A stretch of DNA of 63,876 nucleotides, the filler included, from Folioceros fuciformis (lineage: Eukaryota), in the NCBI GenBank assembly GCA_049999805.1. It is 16 parts of 16 records of this genome, joined end to end, with 100 filler letters (N's around TTAATTAATTAA, not from the genome) between each part and the next. Parts side by side here need not be neighbours in the genome. Positions count along the whole stretch, not along the records: positions 8,802 to 14,583 come from JBNGIO010006619.1; positions 14,684 to 18,204 come from JBNGIO010006620.1; positions 18,305 to 26,948 come from JBNGIO010006621.1; 13 more parts are not named here. One strand, written 5' to 3'. The notes beneath the pieces are model-generated. The model was given only the letters and a program-made list of their open reading frames with translations. It was not told the DNA's origin and did not search any database. Each line of letters begins with the position of its first letter. Position 1 is the first letter of the stretch. Of this stretch, positions 11,801 to 23,996 are shown piece after piece. A program made the position numbers and the translations under genes.

Positions 11801-14583
11801 TCGATTTTGGTGAACAGCTTGGCACCATGGAGCAAATCCAGGATTTCATCTATCTTGGGCATCTGGTACACATTTCGGATGGTGGCCCTATAGTCAATAC
11901 ATAGCCTCCATCCCCCATCTGGTTTGGCCACAAGGAGGACGGGTGCTCCGAATGGGGACACTGAGGACTTGAAAAAACCCTTTTGCAGGAACTCATCCAC
12001 CTGTTTTTTTATTTCCTCATTTTTTGTTGGTGAGGTACGGTAGGGTTGGATATTGATTGGCCTGTGTCTTGACAGCAAATCAAGGGTGTGATCTACAGTT
12101 CTGCGTGGGAGCATCTTCGCTAGGTTTAGCAAAGACATCAGCGTACTCCTCCAAGAGTGCCTTAAAGGTGGAGGGTAGCCTGTCGTCATGTGCCTTGGCC
12201 TCTACAGCCCTTGACTCAGGGGTGCCCTCCAAGGGTAACACTCTCTTCAATTTAGCCACATACAGAAATCTACCCATGGCAGTAGCTTTATTGAACGCAG
12301 ATATAGCAAACAACTGCTTGTCATGTACATATTGTTCTCCCCTCATTACATATCTCTGCTGTCTAGTGGTATGGGTCACTACATTATTGTGCCAGTCCAC
12401 TTCTAACGCTGCTGAATGCCTGGCCAGCCACGGTTTCCCAATTATCAAGTCATGACATGGGGATGGCATCACTATCAGCTCGAGCACTTCTTTGTACCCG
12501 CTTGGGAACGTGATATCTGCTTCTATCCACTATTCCTTGCAGGTATCTTTGCCATCTAGTGCTGTGACTACAGTGGAATACTGACTTGACTCATGGATGT
12601 GCAGGCCTACCTTCTCCATAGCCGCCTTGGCTATGTAGTGGTGGCTAGCACCAGAGTCCAGCAAGCCAGTCCCACGGGTACCTTCCAGCCCAACTTCGAA
12701 CTTGATGGGAACATGCTCCAGATGGCAGGAAGTCATAGACTATCTACATCCTTCACCCCCCTCGTACGTGATCGCCGCTGCAGATGCTGGCTCCGTCACT
12801 TTTGCCAGCATGACTGAGTGATTGGTCTTTGTAGGGGCTATGGTAGGGGCGCTTCCTCGGGTTGTCCTACATGCGATGAAGTCCCGTCGGAAGGGGCAAC
12901 TCTTCGAACCATGATCCAAGTCCCGACATGTGAAGCACATTCTCTTGCTAGTGTACTCCGTCTTCTGCCTCTGTCAAAATTTTAACAGTGGGTTTCTTCT
13001 CAAAAGTGTTAGCTGACTTACCCCACTTTGGGCTTGGAAGGGCCTCCTGGTGCGAGGTGCTTGTATTTGTTTTTGCCGTAGTTGATAGCAGCGCGCATAG
13101 CCTCCCCCAAGGTGTTAGGGTTGGTTTGGTTGACGTCCGCTCGCATTTCAAACTTCAGGCCATCAATAAACTTTCCGATCTTTTGTTCCTCGTCAAGTCT
13201 CGGCATGTTAAGGGTGAGCTGGAGAAACTTGTCGCAGTATTCCTATACAATGCCTTGTTGGTAGATTTTGCGGAACTGATGGTACAATTCCTTCTTGTGA
13301 TTGATTGGGAGAAATTGCTCCAAGAAGAGCTGACGGAACACTGCCCACAAATACACTGGAGATTCCATGCCGAGGTCCACTTGCTTCTCCCCCTGCCGCG
13401 ACCAACGATATGCATACCCGTCCAACGACATCACACAAAACTGGATAATCTGGAGGTCATCCTTCTCACTCGCAACAAGGTATTTATCCATTTTGTCGAG
13501 CCAATCGTACACATTCTGGGCATCCTTGGCTTGGCCGTCAAACATGGTCGTGTTTATTTTGCGTTGTAGCTCCCGGTCCAATTGTGGCTTCAACTTGAAC
13601 ATTTGTTCGTCTCCTCCAGGTGATTCTTCACCCATTTTGCCTCTTTGCCTCTCCCAATATTCGTATCGCATGAATTGCAGTCGTTTGACCATGGCCTTAA
13701 TCTCCTTGTTCTCCTTCTCTGCAGGGGCAAGCTCGATTGCAAGTCTCTTCATTTCTCCCTTATCGACACTTAACTCACATCTGCTGGAAGGTACATGTGA
13801 AACCCTTACCCCTCCGTCTGTCTCTCCTTTGTGTGCTGGGGCGGGTTGCTGCTCCTGGGCTAAGTGTTGGGTACCTTCAACGGGTGTCTAACTGGGGTCT
13901 AACACGACTCCCTTGCCTGGCCCCGTGGTTAGTCGTGACCACGTGTCCCGCTCTAGTTCCTCGACTGGGGTCTAACATGACTCCATCGCCTGGCCCCGCG
14001 GTTGCCATCAGCCGGGCAACTCTCGCCTCTACTAGCCTACGCTGTCCTCGGACAGCTCTGGCTCTGGCATCTAGGGTTACTGGATGCGCTCTTCCTAGGA
14101 CTTTGCCCTCGATCGTAGACGGCTCGCGATCTCTCCTGGTGGGCGATCCTCCTCACTATCGCTGGAAAGGGCCTGCGAGGCTGCATGGGCTGACACGTAC
14201 TCACTTATGGCCTCCAAATTTTCCCGTTCTCTTGTGGTGGATTAACTGATCGTAGCTCCCTCAGGAGTTCCACGCTCTGTCCCACTCAAAAGGTGAGGAC
14301 TCGGAGCTCGTGATTGGACCTATCGTGATCTCCTCCTTGGGCTTGCCTGATGTCTTCTCCCCCTCACGCTGGGTACCTTCTTCTATGTCCCAGCATCTCG
14401 GGCGACTAGGATCGTAGCCGGTCTACCGTTCCCACCTTCTGATTCTGGCAACGATAGGTCACGGATCGATCTGATACCAAAGATGCAGCAACACGGCTCT
14501 AGATCATAGGCCATGGGGGGGCATAGATCGTCAGGCAAAAAGCCTCTATTATGCTTCATGAACTCATACATATAGGAGCGGGG
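8802..14583 (-). mobile_element. Ty3/gypsy chromovirus-type LTR retrotransposon (degenerate)
   Basis: PBS 14468-14479 (TGGTATCAGATC), gag 13243-13752, zinc knuckle near 12900-12940, PR (LLDSGAS) 12530-12736, RT (FLDD) 11200-12189, RNase H (TDASDY) 10509-11303, integrase 9331-10680, chromodomain remnant (DRILQHR...LVAW...ATWEP) ~9200-9360, PPT 9154-9162; LTR split between 8802-9153 and 14484-14583. Many frameshifts. Confidence 0.95.
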
Positions 14584-14730
14584 NNNNNNNNNNNNNNNNN
14601 NNNNNNNNNNNNNNNNNNNNNNNNNNNTTAATTAATTAANNNNNNNNNNNNNNNNNNNNNNNNNNNNNNNNNNNNNNNNNNNNGACGAAACATTCCGACA
14701 AGCCACTCGAATTCGAGTCCTGTGCTAAGG

Positions 14731-16336
14731 TCAGCCTTGTTGCGCGGCGAATGAAGTGGACGAGTTGGACTCCGATACCTCGCTGGAAAGCAGGTCTGCA
14801 AGGCCCCCGGCGCTGATCCAAGGGTTCTCCACCTCCTGGTATGTGTATCCAAGTGCCTCAGAACTCAGCGCATCCCGCACCTTGCAAAGCACCAGCTCCG
14901 CGTTCTCGTCGTAGAAGAAAAACTCGGAATCCAGCCAGTCCGGGTCCGCAATGTTCTGTCTGTTGCCATCCAGAGTCTGCACAAGGAAGAGAACCTCGTT
15001 CGAGTGATTACAAACCCTAAATTCAGACCAAAACCCCTGGGACAAGCAGTCCGGATCCAGTAGGGTTTTGGAAGGATGGGAAGCTCACCCGCCAGACATC
15101 CCAGATGCGATCCACGTTTACATGGTGCGCGTAGAAGAGGGGATCCTCGGCTGCCGTCCAGGCCGCTCCCATGTCCCTGCCTGTGCTGGAGGTTCCTGTC
15201 CAGGCATGAACTCCGCCGTGAACCACAGCCTCGAATTCCTCCAAGAAATTGTCCAGTCGGTCGTTTTTGTTGCCGGATTCCCCTGGTCGGATCGGGGTGG
15301 AGAAGAAGAGCACCGGATCCTTCTCAGAGTTCACCACAAGGATTCTGTGGAGGAGGTCGTTGTTGAGCAGCCGCAGCTCGTTCTCTGCACAACGGTTACA
15401 GTCCTGGTGACCATTGGGATGGAGAAAGGAATTAGAGGGCGCAAATGTTGCTCAAACTGGATGTCAGGGCAGGGCTTCAGCTCACCGGTGTTGTAGTTGA
15501 CCTCGAAGGCACTGCTCTTGGCCAGGTTCACGATCTCGTCTTCCGCGGGGCCGCGGAACGCATCGTACAGCGCCGGGTACTTGACGGGATCTTGGAATGC
15601 TGGGGGAATGGCGTTCGCGAGAGGATGGGAGTGTCTCTGGTCGTCCCAGTTCCAGAAGGGGACTGTGAAGTCCTCGTCTCCTATCAGGCTCCCAAGGATT
15701 CTCTCGTGGAAGTAAACGAGCCTGTGAACAGGTTGCACGCAGCACTTGTCAGCACAATCTCGGATTTGAACACTTGTCTCGGCTTCTTTGCTTCAGAAGC
15801 CTGGCCAGAGGATGCTCCTTCTCGAGCCTCCAGTCCTCACTCCAAGCACACAGTGCACCAGATCAAGAAGATGAGCTTGAAGAATGATTTTACTCTACTC
15901 ACAGTCGGTGGAAGGGATGGAAGAGCCAGTTCAGGTGGATGTTGTACTCAACATTCGGGTAGCCGGTTTGGGATCTCATCCGCATGTAGCTGTAGAAGCA
16001 GTGGAAGCGAGCCTGCGCGTGCCAGGACCTTGGATCTTCAGCAGGAAGGTCCCTGGCCATGGCGTAAGCTCGATTTAGCTTCTCAGCAGCTTCCTCGTCC
16101 AGGAGATGTGCAGCCTGTCGGACGCGGAGCTTCCTCCCCTTGCTTCTTTCGATCAGGTCAGGGAGGCGCTTGGAGGCCTGGACAGGCGTGGGAATGTCGA
16201 GGCAGCAGTCGATCATGCCTCCGAACTTCTTGGAAAATTGCGGTGCGCAGCTGGAGACATTTGGGATTAGCATTGGTGCCGCATTCATTCCACTCAGGAA
16301 GAGGAGCAGAAGCAGGGCCAGCATCTGGAGCTTCAT
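14731..16336 (-). CDS. PPO: Polyphenol oxidase (type-3 copper), signal-peptide type; 4 exons
   Basis: Exons 16336-15903, 15721-15486, 15384-15089 and 14976-14731 with GT-AG introns give an open 403-aa frame. Hydrophobic signal MKLQMLALLLLLFLSGMNA, RVRQAAH, CuA HCFY..IHLNWLFHPFHR, CuB HGGVH..DPLFYAHH, DWL domain (DPDWLDSEFFFYDEN). Confidence 0.9.
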
Positions 16337-17597
16337 TGTAGCCGCCGAAAACTGTCTGATATCCAACAACCCGGCCAGCCCTCACTTGCCGCTCCTACTA
16401 AATGTCTTCATCCTGGACAGGCACATACAGACCTCTTAGCCCCTTAACAACACCTTCCTACCTCGTTCTCAGTCCTTGTGACAATGCTGTGCAGGTTGCA
16501 TCACCATCTAGAGTACCGAAGCGCTGTTGCAGGGAAGAAGGAGAGTCACTAGATTGCGGACAACTTGGCTAGTACCGAGAACACGAGAACAAACTTCTAC
16601 CAGCAGGGCACTCCCCATCAATCAAAGACATCAAATGACATTTCTCGTCCCGCCACCAGCTCCAGATGCAGACGTATGGGCAACGGCATTGGGCAGCCAC
16701 AACTATAACCCGTGGAAAAAGAATGGACAGCTTTCCTGGGATGGTCAATTCGGAGAAATGGAGCTGATAGAGCACCCAGCTTGTGGTGAGCGCTCTATGA
16801 GGGCTTGTTGGCACCCTCTCAATTATTGTACTGCCTGTCCTGTTTTGTGTGTCTGCAGGGCAGATGATGACCGCTCACTACTTACTTGTGTGTGGGGTAA
16901 ATCGGACAACAGGTCATGGCCCACAGCAACGCGACTGTAGGAGATTTATGCCTGACATGTTTGGTACATACATACGAAGGCAAGAGGAGCGCGCACGGTA
17001 TTGGTACAGGACTCGAAAAGGCGTCATGTCCGTTCAACGTTTGGAACCCACGGACACGTGTAGGAGACAATAAAAGGCACAGCAATTCCTTGACCTCACT
17101 CAATTTGACATTCGCTGGCTTGTGTGGGTGGGTGCGGGTGCTTGAGCATCCTTCCTTAGGTACTTCCTTTGTGGTGGGTGCTCGATCACTCTTTTGGTGG
17201 TGTCTCAACATTCCTGGTGGGTACTTTTTATTTGGTGGTGGAGCATCTTTGGTGGGTTCTGAGATCCTTTCGTACTTTGTAGTGGGTGCTTATCTTCCTT
17301 GGATGGTATTTTCTAGTAAAATATTTTTTTATAAATGTTGATGTTGGTTTATTTTTATTAATGTACTTAGTTCACTCAGCACTATCATTCCATGGTTCTC
17401 ATATCCATTATATGAAAATCCAATGTTCATATTTGTTTGTTAGTTACATATCTTGTAATCCACTTATTAAGTTAATTCACAACAGGTGATGTAGATTGTG
17501 CTAAGTTTGCATGTAGTTGTCTTCAAAGCCTAATGTTCTACATAGTTTTAGCCATTAGGTTCTCATATTTTTCTGTCTCATTTTTATATAACTTACG

Positions 17598-17805
17598 TAC
17601 AACCTTTATGCAGGTCATGTTGGGCAATGTTCGTCCATTCGTACACACTTTATCATAACTTTAGGTGAAATATCCTACAACCCTTATGCAGTCATGTTGG
17701 GCAATGCTCGTCCATTTGCACACACTTTATCATAACTTTAGGTAATATATGTTCCTGTCAATGCTCATCCATTCATCTACACTTTTATCATAACTTTAGG
17801 TGATA
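17598..17805 (+). repeat. Degenerate tandem repeat (3 copies, ~55-78 bp)
   Basis: caatg(c/t)tc(g/a)tccatt...acactttatcataactttaggt recurs three times. Confidence 0.7.
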
Positions 17806-18879
17806 TATATGTTATGGTAGTATGTCATTTTGCTGATATCATATGCAAACGCGAAAAGCATGTTCCTCTCTTTTGTCCCTGTGGTTCACCACCGACCCGT
17901 GCAGGCGCTGGGCTGGAGCTGGAGCCCACACACTGATTTCTCTTATTCAATGAACCCTGCGTGTGCAGGCTGGACTCGAGGCACACGCACAACGATGTAG
18001 ACTGAGCTTTTGGAATCAACTCTGCCTCAAGCTCGGCGGCATCTGATTTCAGCATGGAGGCGAGGAAACTCAAAGTTCTGTAACTTCCACCGCCATCGTC
18101 CTAGGAGGTCCCAGGAGATCCCAGCAGTGGAATTGAAAAGAGTGCGTCACCTCACGTCACTTCACTCCAGGTGTCAACGCATGAAAGTCGTTTCGTCGTT
18201 CCATNNNNNNNNNNNNNNNNNNNNNNNNNNNNNNNNNNNNNNNNNNNNTTAATTAATTAANNNNNNNNNNNNNNNNNNNNNNNNNNNNNNNNNNNNNNNN
18301 NNNNCACTTCACTCCAGGTGTCAACGCATGAAAGTCGTTTCGTCGTTCCATGTGTGGCAAATCAGGCGGCACCCTGGCGTAAGCGTGAGCAAGCGAGCTA
18401 GTGGGAATCAACATTCCGCTACCTGTGCATGCATGTCGCTGGAATCACCTGAGTGGGCTTCGGTAGTTCATAGTCGATCGATTTAAAACCAGCAGGGTCG
18501 TGACAAAAAACAATTCGAATCGCGGCAACAGGAACCAGGCAGCTCGTCAGAAGAAACGTGGTCCAGGACGATGCTGGAGAGGGAGCTTATGAAAAGAAGG
18601 TTCTAAGAGCACATCGGATGGAAACGAATGAGCTTAACTGTCACAAGAAAATCGTTTCCAGGGGAAATGGAAGGTGATCGTCAAAACCAGCCAGCCAGTG
18701 CTTGAAGAGGAGAGTGGAGCCTAGAAGGGCTACGATGCACTGTATATGCCATCAGTGACTGACTCCAGGCCAGGCACTCAAAGCAAGTACCGACTCACAG
18801 GCAATCAGTGACCTGTGGCTCTGGGGACACTCGCGAGGCTGGTGAGCTCAGGGCCTGACACTGGGAACGTGCAACGGCG

Positions 18880-19260
18880 ATGGGCGGACGGTTGTGGTTT
18901 TGGCTTCGGATTTGGTTCGGCGCACTGGTGGGAATCCTTCGCACATGGAGTATGCCAGGATACGGGCTCCCGGCGATCGCCAACATGTCTGCCTGCCACC
19001 CGCATCCGAATTGGGGGAGCTGCTGCACCCTGGAGGCTGTGATGCGCAATCCGCCTGTGGCCAAGACGCTGGAGGAGTACCTTGGAGAAGAACCCGATCC
19101 CCAAGCGCAAGAGATTTCGGCCGGCAGCCCACCTGGTATCGGACAGCTACGCGGAGCAGTGCGACCGGGCATACCAGCTGCTTCGAGCTCTGCCCGACTA
19201 TGATCCCCGGTCCCTCATGCAGCAGGCCCACCTCCATTGCATGTACGGCTCCCCCGACCT
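18880..19260 (+). pseudogene. Polyphenol oxidase 5' fragment, frameshifted and truncated
   Basis: Signal-like MGGRLWFWLRIWFGALVG, C..CC, then a shifted frame RFRPAAHLV...RALPDYDPRSLMQQAHLHCMY (start of CuA); copia sequence follows. Confidence 0.8.
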
Positions 19261-19526
19261 GGTCGAATTGACAAGGCCGGCCTGCCTGCCCTGTCCTGTC
19301 CTGATATGGTTCTGAATTTTGTGGGTTTGGAACGCCTCGGCTGGATGCAGCTGCGTTATGTGGGTGGTGCATTTGTTGGGGAGCCTCAGGACAGATGCAC
19401 AGGTGTTTCATGATGCCGTGGGGTGGATTTTGTGGGTTTCGGTAGGCGAAGCTTGGGCTGGATTACGCGATTTGTGGTTCCTGAGATTGTCCAAGGGGGA
19501 TGTCGTGCTGCCGGATGTGATGCTGT

Positions 19527-22005
19527 TTGGTCATCGGATTCCTCATCTTTATTCCTGATGCTGAGGTGGTGGACTCCCTACTAGCTGAAGAACATCGATC
19601 TGAGGATAGCTCACATTCACATCCAGACATCCCGCTTCCACCCCTTGACACTCAAGACGCTACTGACGCCTTGGAACCTGCTCAGCAAACAGCTATTGAA
19701 TCTCATGAGCTGGACACTGTTGAGGAACCAGCCGCAGAGCCAGAACCAGTTGTTGAGGAGCGAAGGTATCCCAGCAGGTATCCCAGCAGATCCCGTCCAT
19801 CAAGGGAAAACTGGAACACAAGGCCCTATGAACCTGAAGATTTAGGATCCCTCGATCAGCTCGACTCTGTGAAGCTTTCTCCACTAATACCCTTTCTCCA
19901 GCAGAACCTCGCACATATCAAGAGGCTATAAATGGTTCGGACAAGCATCATTGGATCCCTTCAATTCAAGATGAGCACAATTCATTGATTAAGAATGGGA
20001 CATGGGAGCTCTGTCCTTTACCTGCTGGGGGGAAAACAGTAAGCTGCAAATGGGTGGTCAAACACAAGCTTAATGCTCAGGGAGAAATAGCAAGGTACAA
20101 ATCACTATTAGTTGCTCAAGGCTTCTCCCAAGTTGCTGGTGTAGACTTTCAGCCATTGAGCCAAATGAGACATTCAGCCCTGTTGTCAAGACACAGACAA
20201 TCAGGATGATATTGGCCCTTGCAGTTGCTAGAGACTGGGATCTTGAACAGATGGACGTGTCAATTGCTTTTCTACACGGACGTGTCAACTGCTTTTCTAC
20301 ACGGACGTGTCAACTGCTTTTCTACACGGAGAACTCGAAGAAGACATTTACATGGTCCGTGTCAACTGCTTTTCTACACGGAGAACTCGAAGAAGACATT
20401 TACATGGATCAACCTGAGGGTTTTTGTGGACCCTCAACATTTAGATTGGGTTTGCAAATTAAATAAGACACTATATGGCTTGAAGCAAAGTGCCCGTGAA
20501 TGGTTCATATGTGTAGATAAGTACCTCAAGTAGATAGGCTTCATCCAGAATCCAGCTGATTCCAATGTGTATATCTATTCCAAGGGTGGTCACCTGGTTG
20601 TCCTAGCACTCTACGTGGATGATGTTATACTAGCATCCAACAACAGAGAATTATTGGACTGGGTGAAAGGTATGCTGCACAAGGAATATGATATAAAGGA
20701 CATTGGACAACTTACCTTTGTCCTTGGTGTTTAGCTGTTGAGAGATAGACCCAATCGCACACTAATTCTGCACCAGACTACATACATTGGTGAGACTCTT
20801 TCACGCTTCAACTTGCAGGATGCTAAATACATTGGTGAGACTCTTTCACGCTTCAACTTGCAGGATGCTAAACCTGTCAACACACCAAGAAGCGTTGGAG
20901 TTAAACTCTCTGCTCAACAGTGCCCGCAAGACGATCATGAACGTGAAGCTATGAGCTAGATTCCTTACTGGCATGCTATGGGCTGCCTTAACTACATAAG
21001 CTGTTGGACTAGGCCTGATATCCAGCACTCTGTAAGTGTCGTTTCCCAATACCTCGAGAATCCAAGCCCTGAGCATTGGATGGCAGTTAAAAGGATTCTC
21101 TAGTATCTTAAAGGCACATCTACTTTTGGGTTATGTTTCCAAGGCAGTGACCTTACATTCACTCTTGAGGGATACACAAATGCAGACTAGGCTACAGACC
21201 CAGATCAAAGGAGAAGTATTTCTGTATACTGTTTTATGCTTTCTGGTGCAGCAGTCAACTGGAGTTCGAAGAAACAAACTTCCATAGCCCTTTCGTCAAC
21301 AGAAGCAAAATACAAAGCTCTTACTGACTCAGCCAAAGAAGCTGAATGGGAGCGCACTTTCTTAGCTGGCTTGGGCTTTTCTCAGTCGATTCTCATAACT
21401 ATCTTCTGCGATAACATGTCGACCATTGCTTTGGTTGGGAATCCTCGCTTTCATGCTCGGACCAAGCATATCGAAATTCAGCATCACTACGTCCGACATT
21501 CTGTGGAGTGCAAGATGATTAGAATTGAACATATATCAACGGAGCTAAATACAGATGATGTGCTTACAAAGAGCTTACCAATAAGCAAGCATGTTTTTTA
21601 TATGGAGGCGCTGGGCCTGGTTGAGTACTCTTCCTACTTGCCTTGACTGCTGCAGGTTGACGTTCAAGGTGCTGGACGGATGAAGCTCCTCTGTCTACTT
21701 AATCATCTGGCACTCAATTGATCTCTGTTTGTACCTGGCTCGTTTTTTTGTTTCACCATCCTCAGTCTTGTTTCGTAGGCTACCCAGAGTTCCATGGGTT
21801 AAGGGGGTGTGTTAAACCCCGAGGGTTATTAGTCACCACGGCCGCTAGTTACCTAGTTACCTAGACTAGGGTTATGTATATATATTGAAAGGTTATGAAC
21901 TAACCTTTAGGGTTTAGTATATAAGGACACCTCTTTGTAAACTTATTAATTTATTTATCATTTTGTTGTTGTCAAGTTTGCTGTCTCTCTCAAGCAGTAT
22001 TGACA
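19527..22005 (+). mobile_element. Ty1/copia 3' half (RT/RNase H pseudogene) with 3' LTR
   Basis: NGTWELCPLP, SCKWV, YVDD, SKKQTSIALSSTEA, HARTKHI; stops, frameshifts and internal duplications (~20256-20405, ~20781-20871); PPT 21801-21809; LTR ~21810-22005 (TGTT..GACA). Confidence 0.9.
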
Positions 22006-22009
22006 CCTT

Positions 22010-22282
22010 CCAAAGGGAAGAACACAGTAGAAGAGACGAAAAGAGATCCTGGATGAAGGGTGGAAGATGTCTACATTAAAACCCGGAGATTGGATCCTGA
22101 ACGTTAACGTCCGACGTTACATGAAGAAGGAGCTAGGGTACAAACTGGAGCCACGATGGGAAGGACCCTTCTTACTATAGGAGGTCTTCACTAAGGGTGC
22201 TGCCAAGATACTCTTACCACCAGATTTCATGACTCAGGAGGAGGTAGTGAGTCTTAGCTACCTGAAGAAGTTCTTTGCCTAA
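22010..22282 (+). mobile_element. Ty3/gypsy integrase C-terminal remnant
   Basis: KLEPRWEGPF...VVSLSYLKKF, resembling the GPY/F module; in-frame stop. Confidence 0.55.
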
Positions 22283-23996
22283 GTCAAATAGGTAGATGCT
22301 CCCGTCTAACAAGATAAGGCATCTGAGCTTGCTCTTTGAGATTATATGCAGGAGAGGGAGGAAAGAAGGTTATGAAGTCTTTGACTAGAGGGAGGGGGAG
22401 TGCATCTAACCTTGAGAGTGTCTAAGTTATTATGAGTGGATAAGTTAGGTAGGATTGTGTGGTTGCGAGCGTTTGGTATTTTTAGGATAGGGCTACTATT
22501 TAATAGAAGGGTTGCTGGTGAGAGCATACTAAAGGCGGCCACATTGAGGGATCCTCATAGAGGAGAAGAAGTGAGGTTGAATGATAGCTTCAAGCGTGCT
22601 GTGGATCCCTTATGACCCACATACCCTGCAAAAACCTAGAACTAGGAAGGAGGTGGATTTGTGGGTTTGTTACTGCGAAAGGCACCATTGTTGGTGTCGT
22701 ATAGAAAGCCTTGAGGAACTTAGGTCACCTCTAATATCTTTAGCCCAGTCTTGCAGCTTCGAATGGACGAAGGCTTGTAATGTGAGCTTCGACGCAACGA
22801 GGAATCACCTATGGCTCCATCAAGTCTCTGCCGGGTTAGAGGCCCTAGGGTTGGTTAGTAATAGCCCTTGTCTAGATGCCCGGCCTACTAATCATGGTGA
22901 GTTGATTGTATTGCTAGCATCTTTGAGGAACTCAGGTCGAACTCAGGAGCTAGTGTCGCCCTTCCTCACCATGGTACGAAAGGACCTTCCTTTTTAGAGG
23001 TGGGCCAACGAATGTGAAACATCATGGCAGGTCTTAAGGTAGTCTAAGCGGGACATTCGTGAAGAGCGGGAAAGTAGTGAGGAAGATGGTGAGGCAAGTA
23101 GGCTAGTAAAATCCTTTGTTAGCTTATTCGAAGTGAGTGTCAGCAGTGGAAACGATCGGAAGATAAAGAGATGATTCTTCCACTGAAAATCCAAGACATC
23201 ATAGTATGGAAGAAGGCCATCCAACCTTAGCAAGATATCATGGGGATAGGGAGGCTTGGCGCACAGCCATGGGTGTGTCAGCTAAGGGGAAAAGCCATCA
23301 AGGGAAGGACGACGAATGCCCATCCAGTGATGTAAGAGGCACTCAAGAGGGAAGATCTTAGGAGCCACAAAGAGTAGACAGTAAGATATTTTGTGTTGAG
23401 AGTAGGAGAGGGGTTTCCGGAGCCTTACAGTGGAATATCTAGACTAGCAAGAAGTTGTATAAAGCCTTGGCCTTTGTAGCCATAGTCAAGCAGAGGGACT
23501 ATACGCCTGTCTCTACTGCTAGATCTTGTCGTACCATCAACTGTAATCTCTATCTATGGATTGTGCTTTGGAGTCAGTCTAGCAGCCTTGTGTCTCATTG
23601 ACTCAACAAGATGTGCGTTCTGCTTTCTGTGCACCACGTGATACTGCCTTGTGGTTCCGGGACTTGAAGGATCAAGGAAGTGATACTGCGTCAACAACTG
23701 AAGGCGTCCTATCGTACCAATCCCACCACAAGTTCCTAGCCACAACATCACAAGTGTGAGAAGGCGAGCAAGTAACATCATCACTGATCTGAAATCTTAT
23801 GCATTAAGGAGCGCTGATTGCTAGTCTGTGTAGGGGGACTATAGTTCTAAGAAGGCATAGTCCATCACTGACATGTGGAATGGCATATGCCTAGTAGATG
23901 TCTGCCCTTTTACAAGTATCTTCTGAGGCGTACCCCAGCTAACAACGTGACTAGCATTCCACACTCCCTACTTAAGGGTTTCCAATCCAACTTCTC

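Noticed and set aside
1-14583. Self-overlapping LTR contigs (1-5329, 8802-14583, also 44360-45541) as 1-LTR extrachromosomal circles
   Set aside because: Exact 47-bp overlaps are what a K=48 de Bruijn assembly gives when two near-identical LTRs collapse; no independent evidence of circles.
15445-16341. 298-aa + strand ORF (also 61322-62407 +, 12988-13569 +, 39032-39622 -)
   Set aside because: Shadow ORFs antisense to recognisable coding sequence, with no motifs of their own.
22300-23980. Short ORFs in 22.3-24.0 kb and 26.0-26.7 kb
   Set aside because: Stop-rich with no recognisable motifs; probably old TE debris that I cannot classify.
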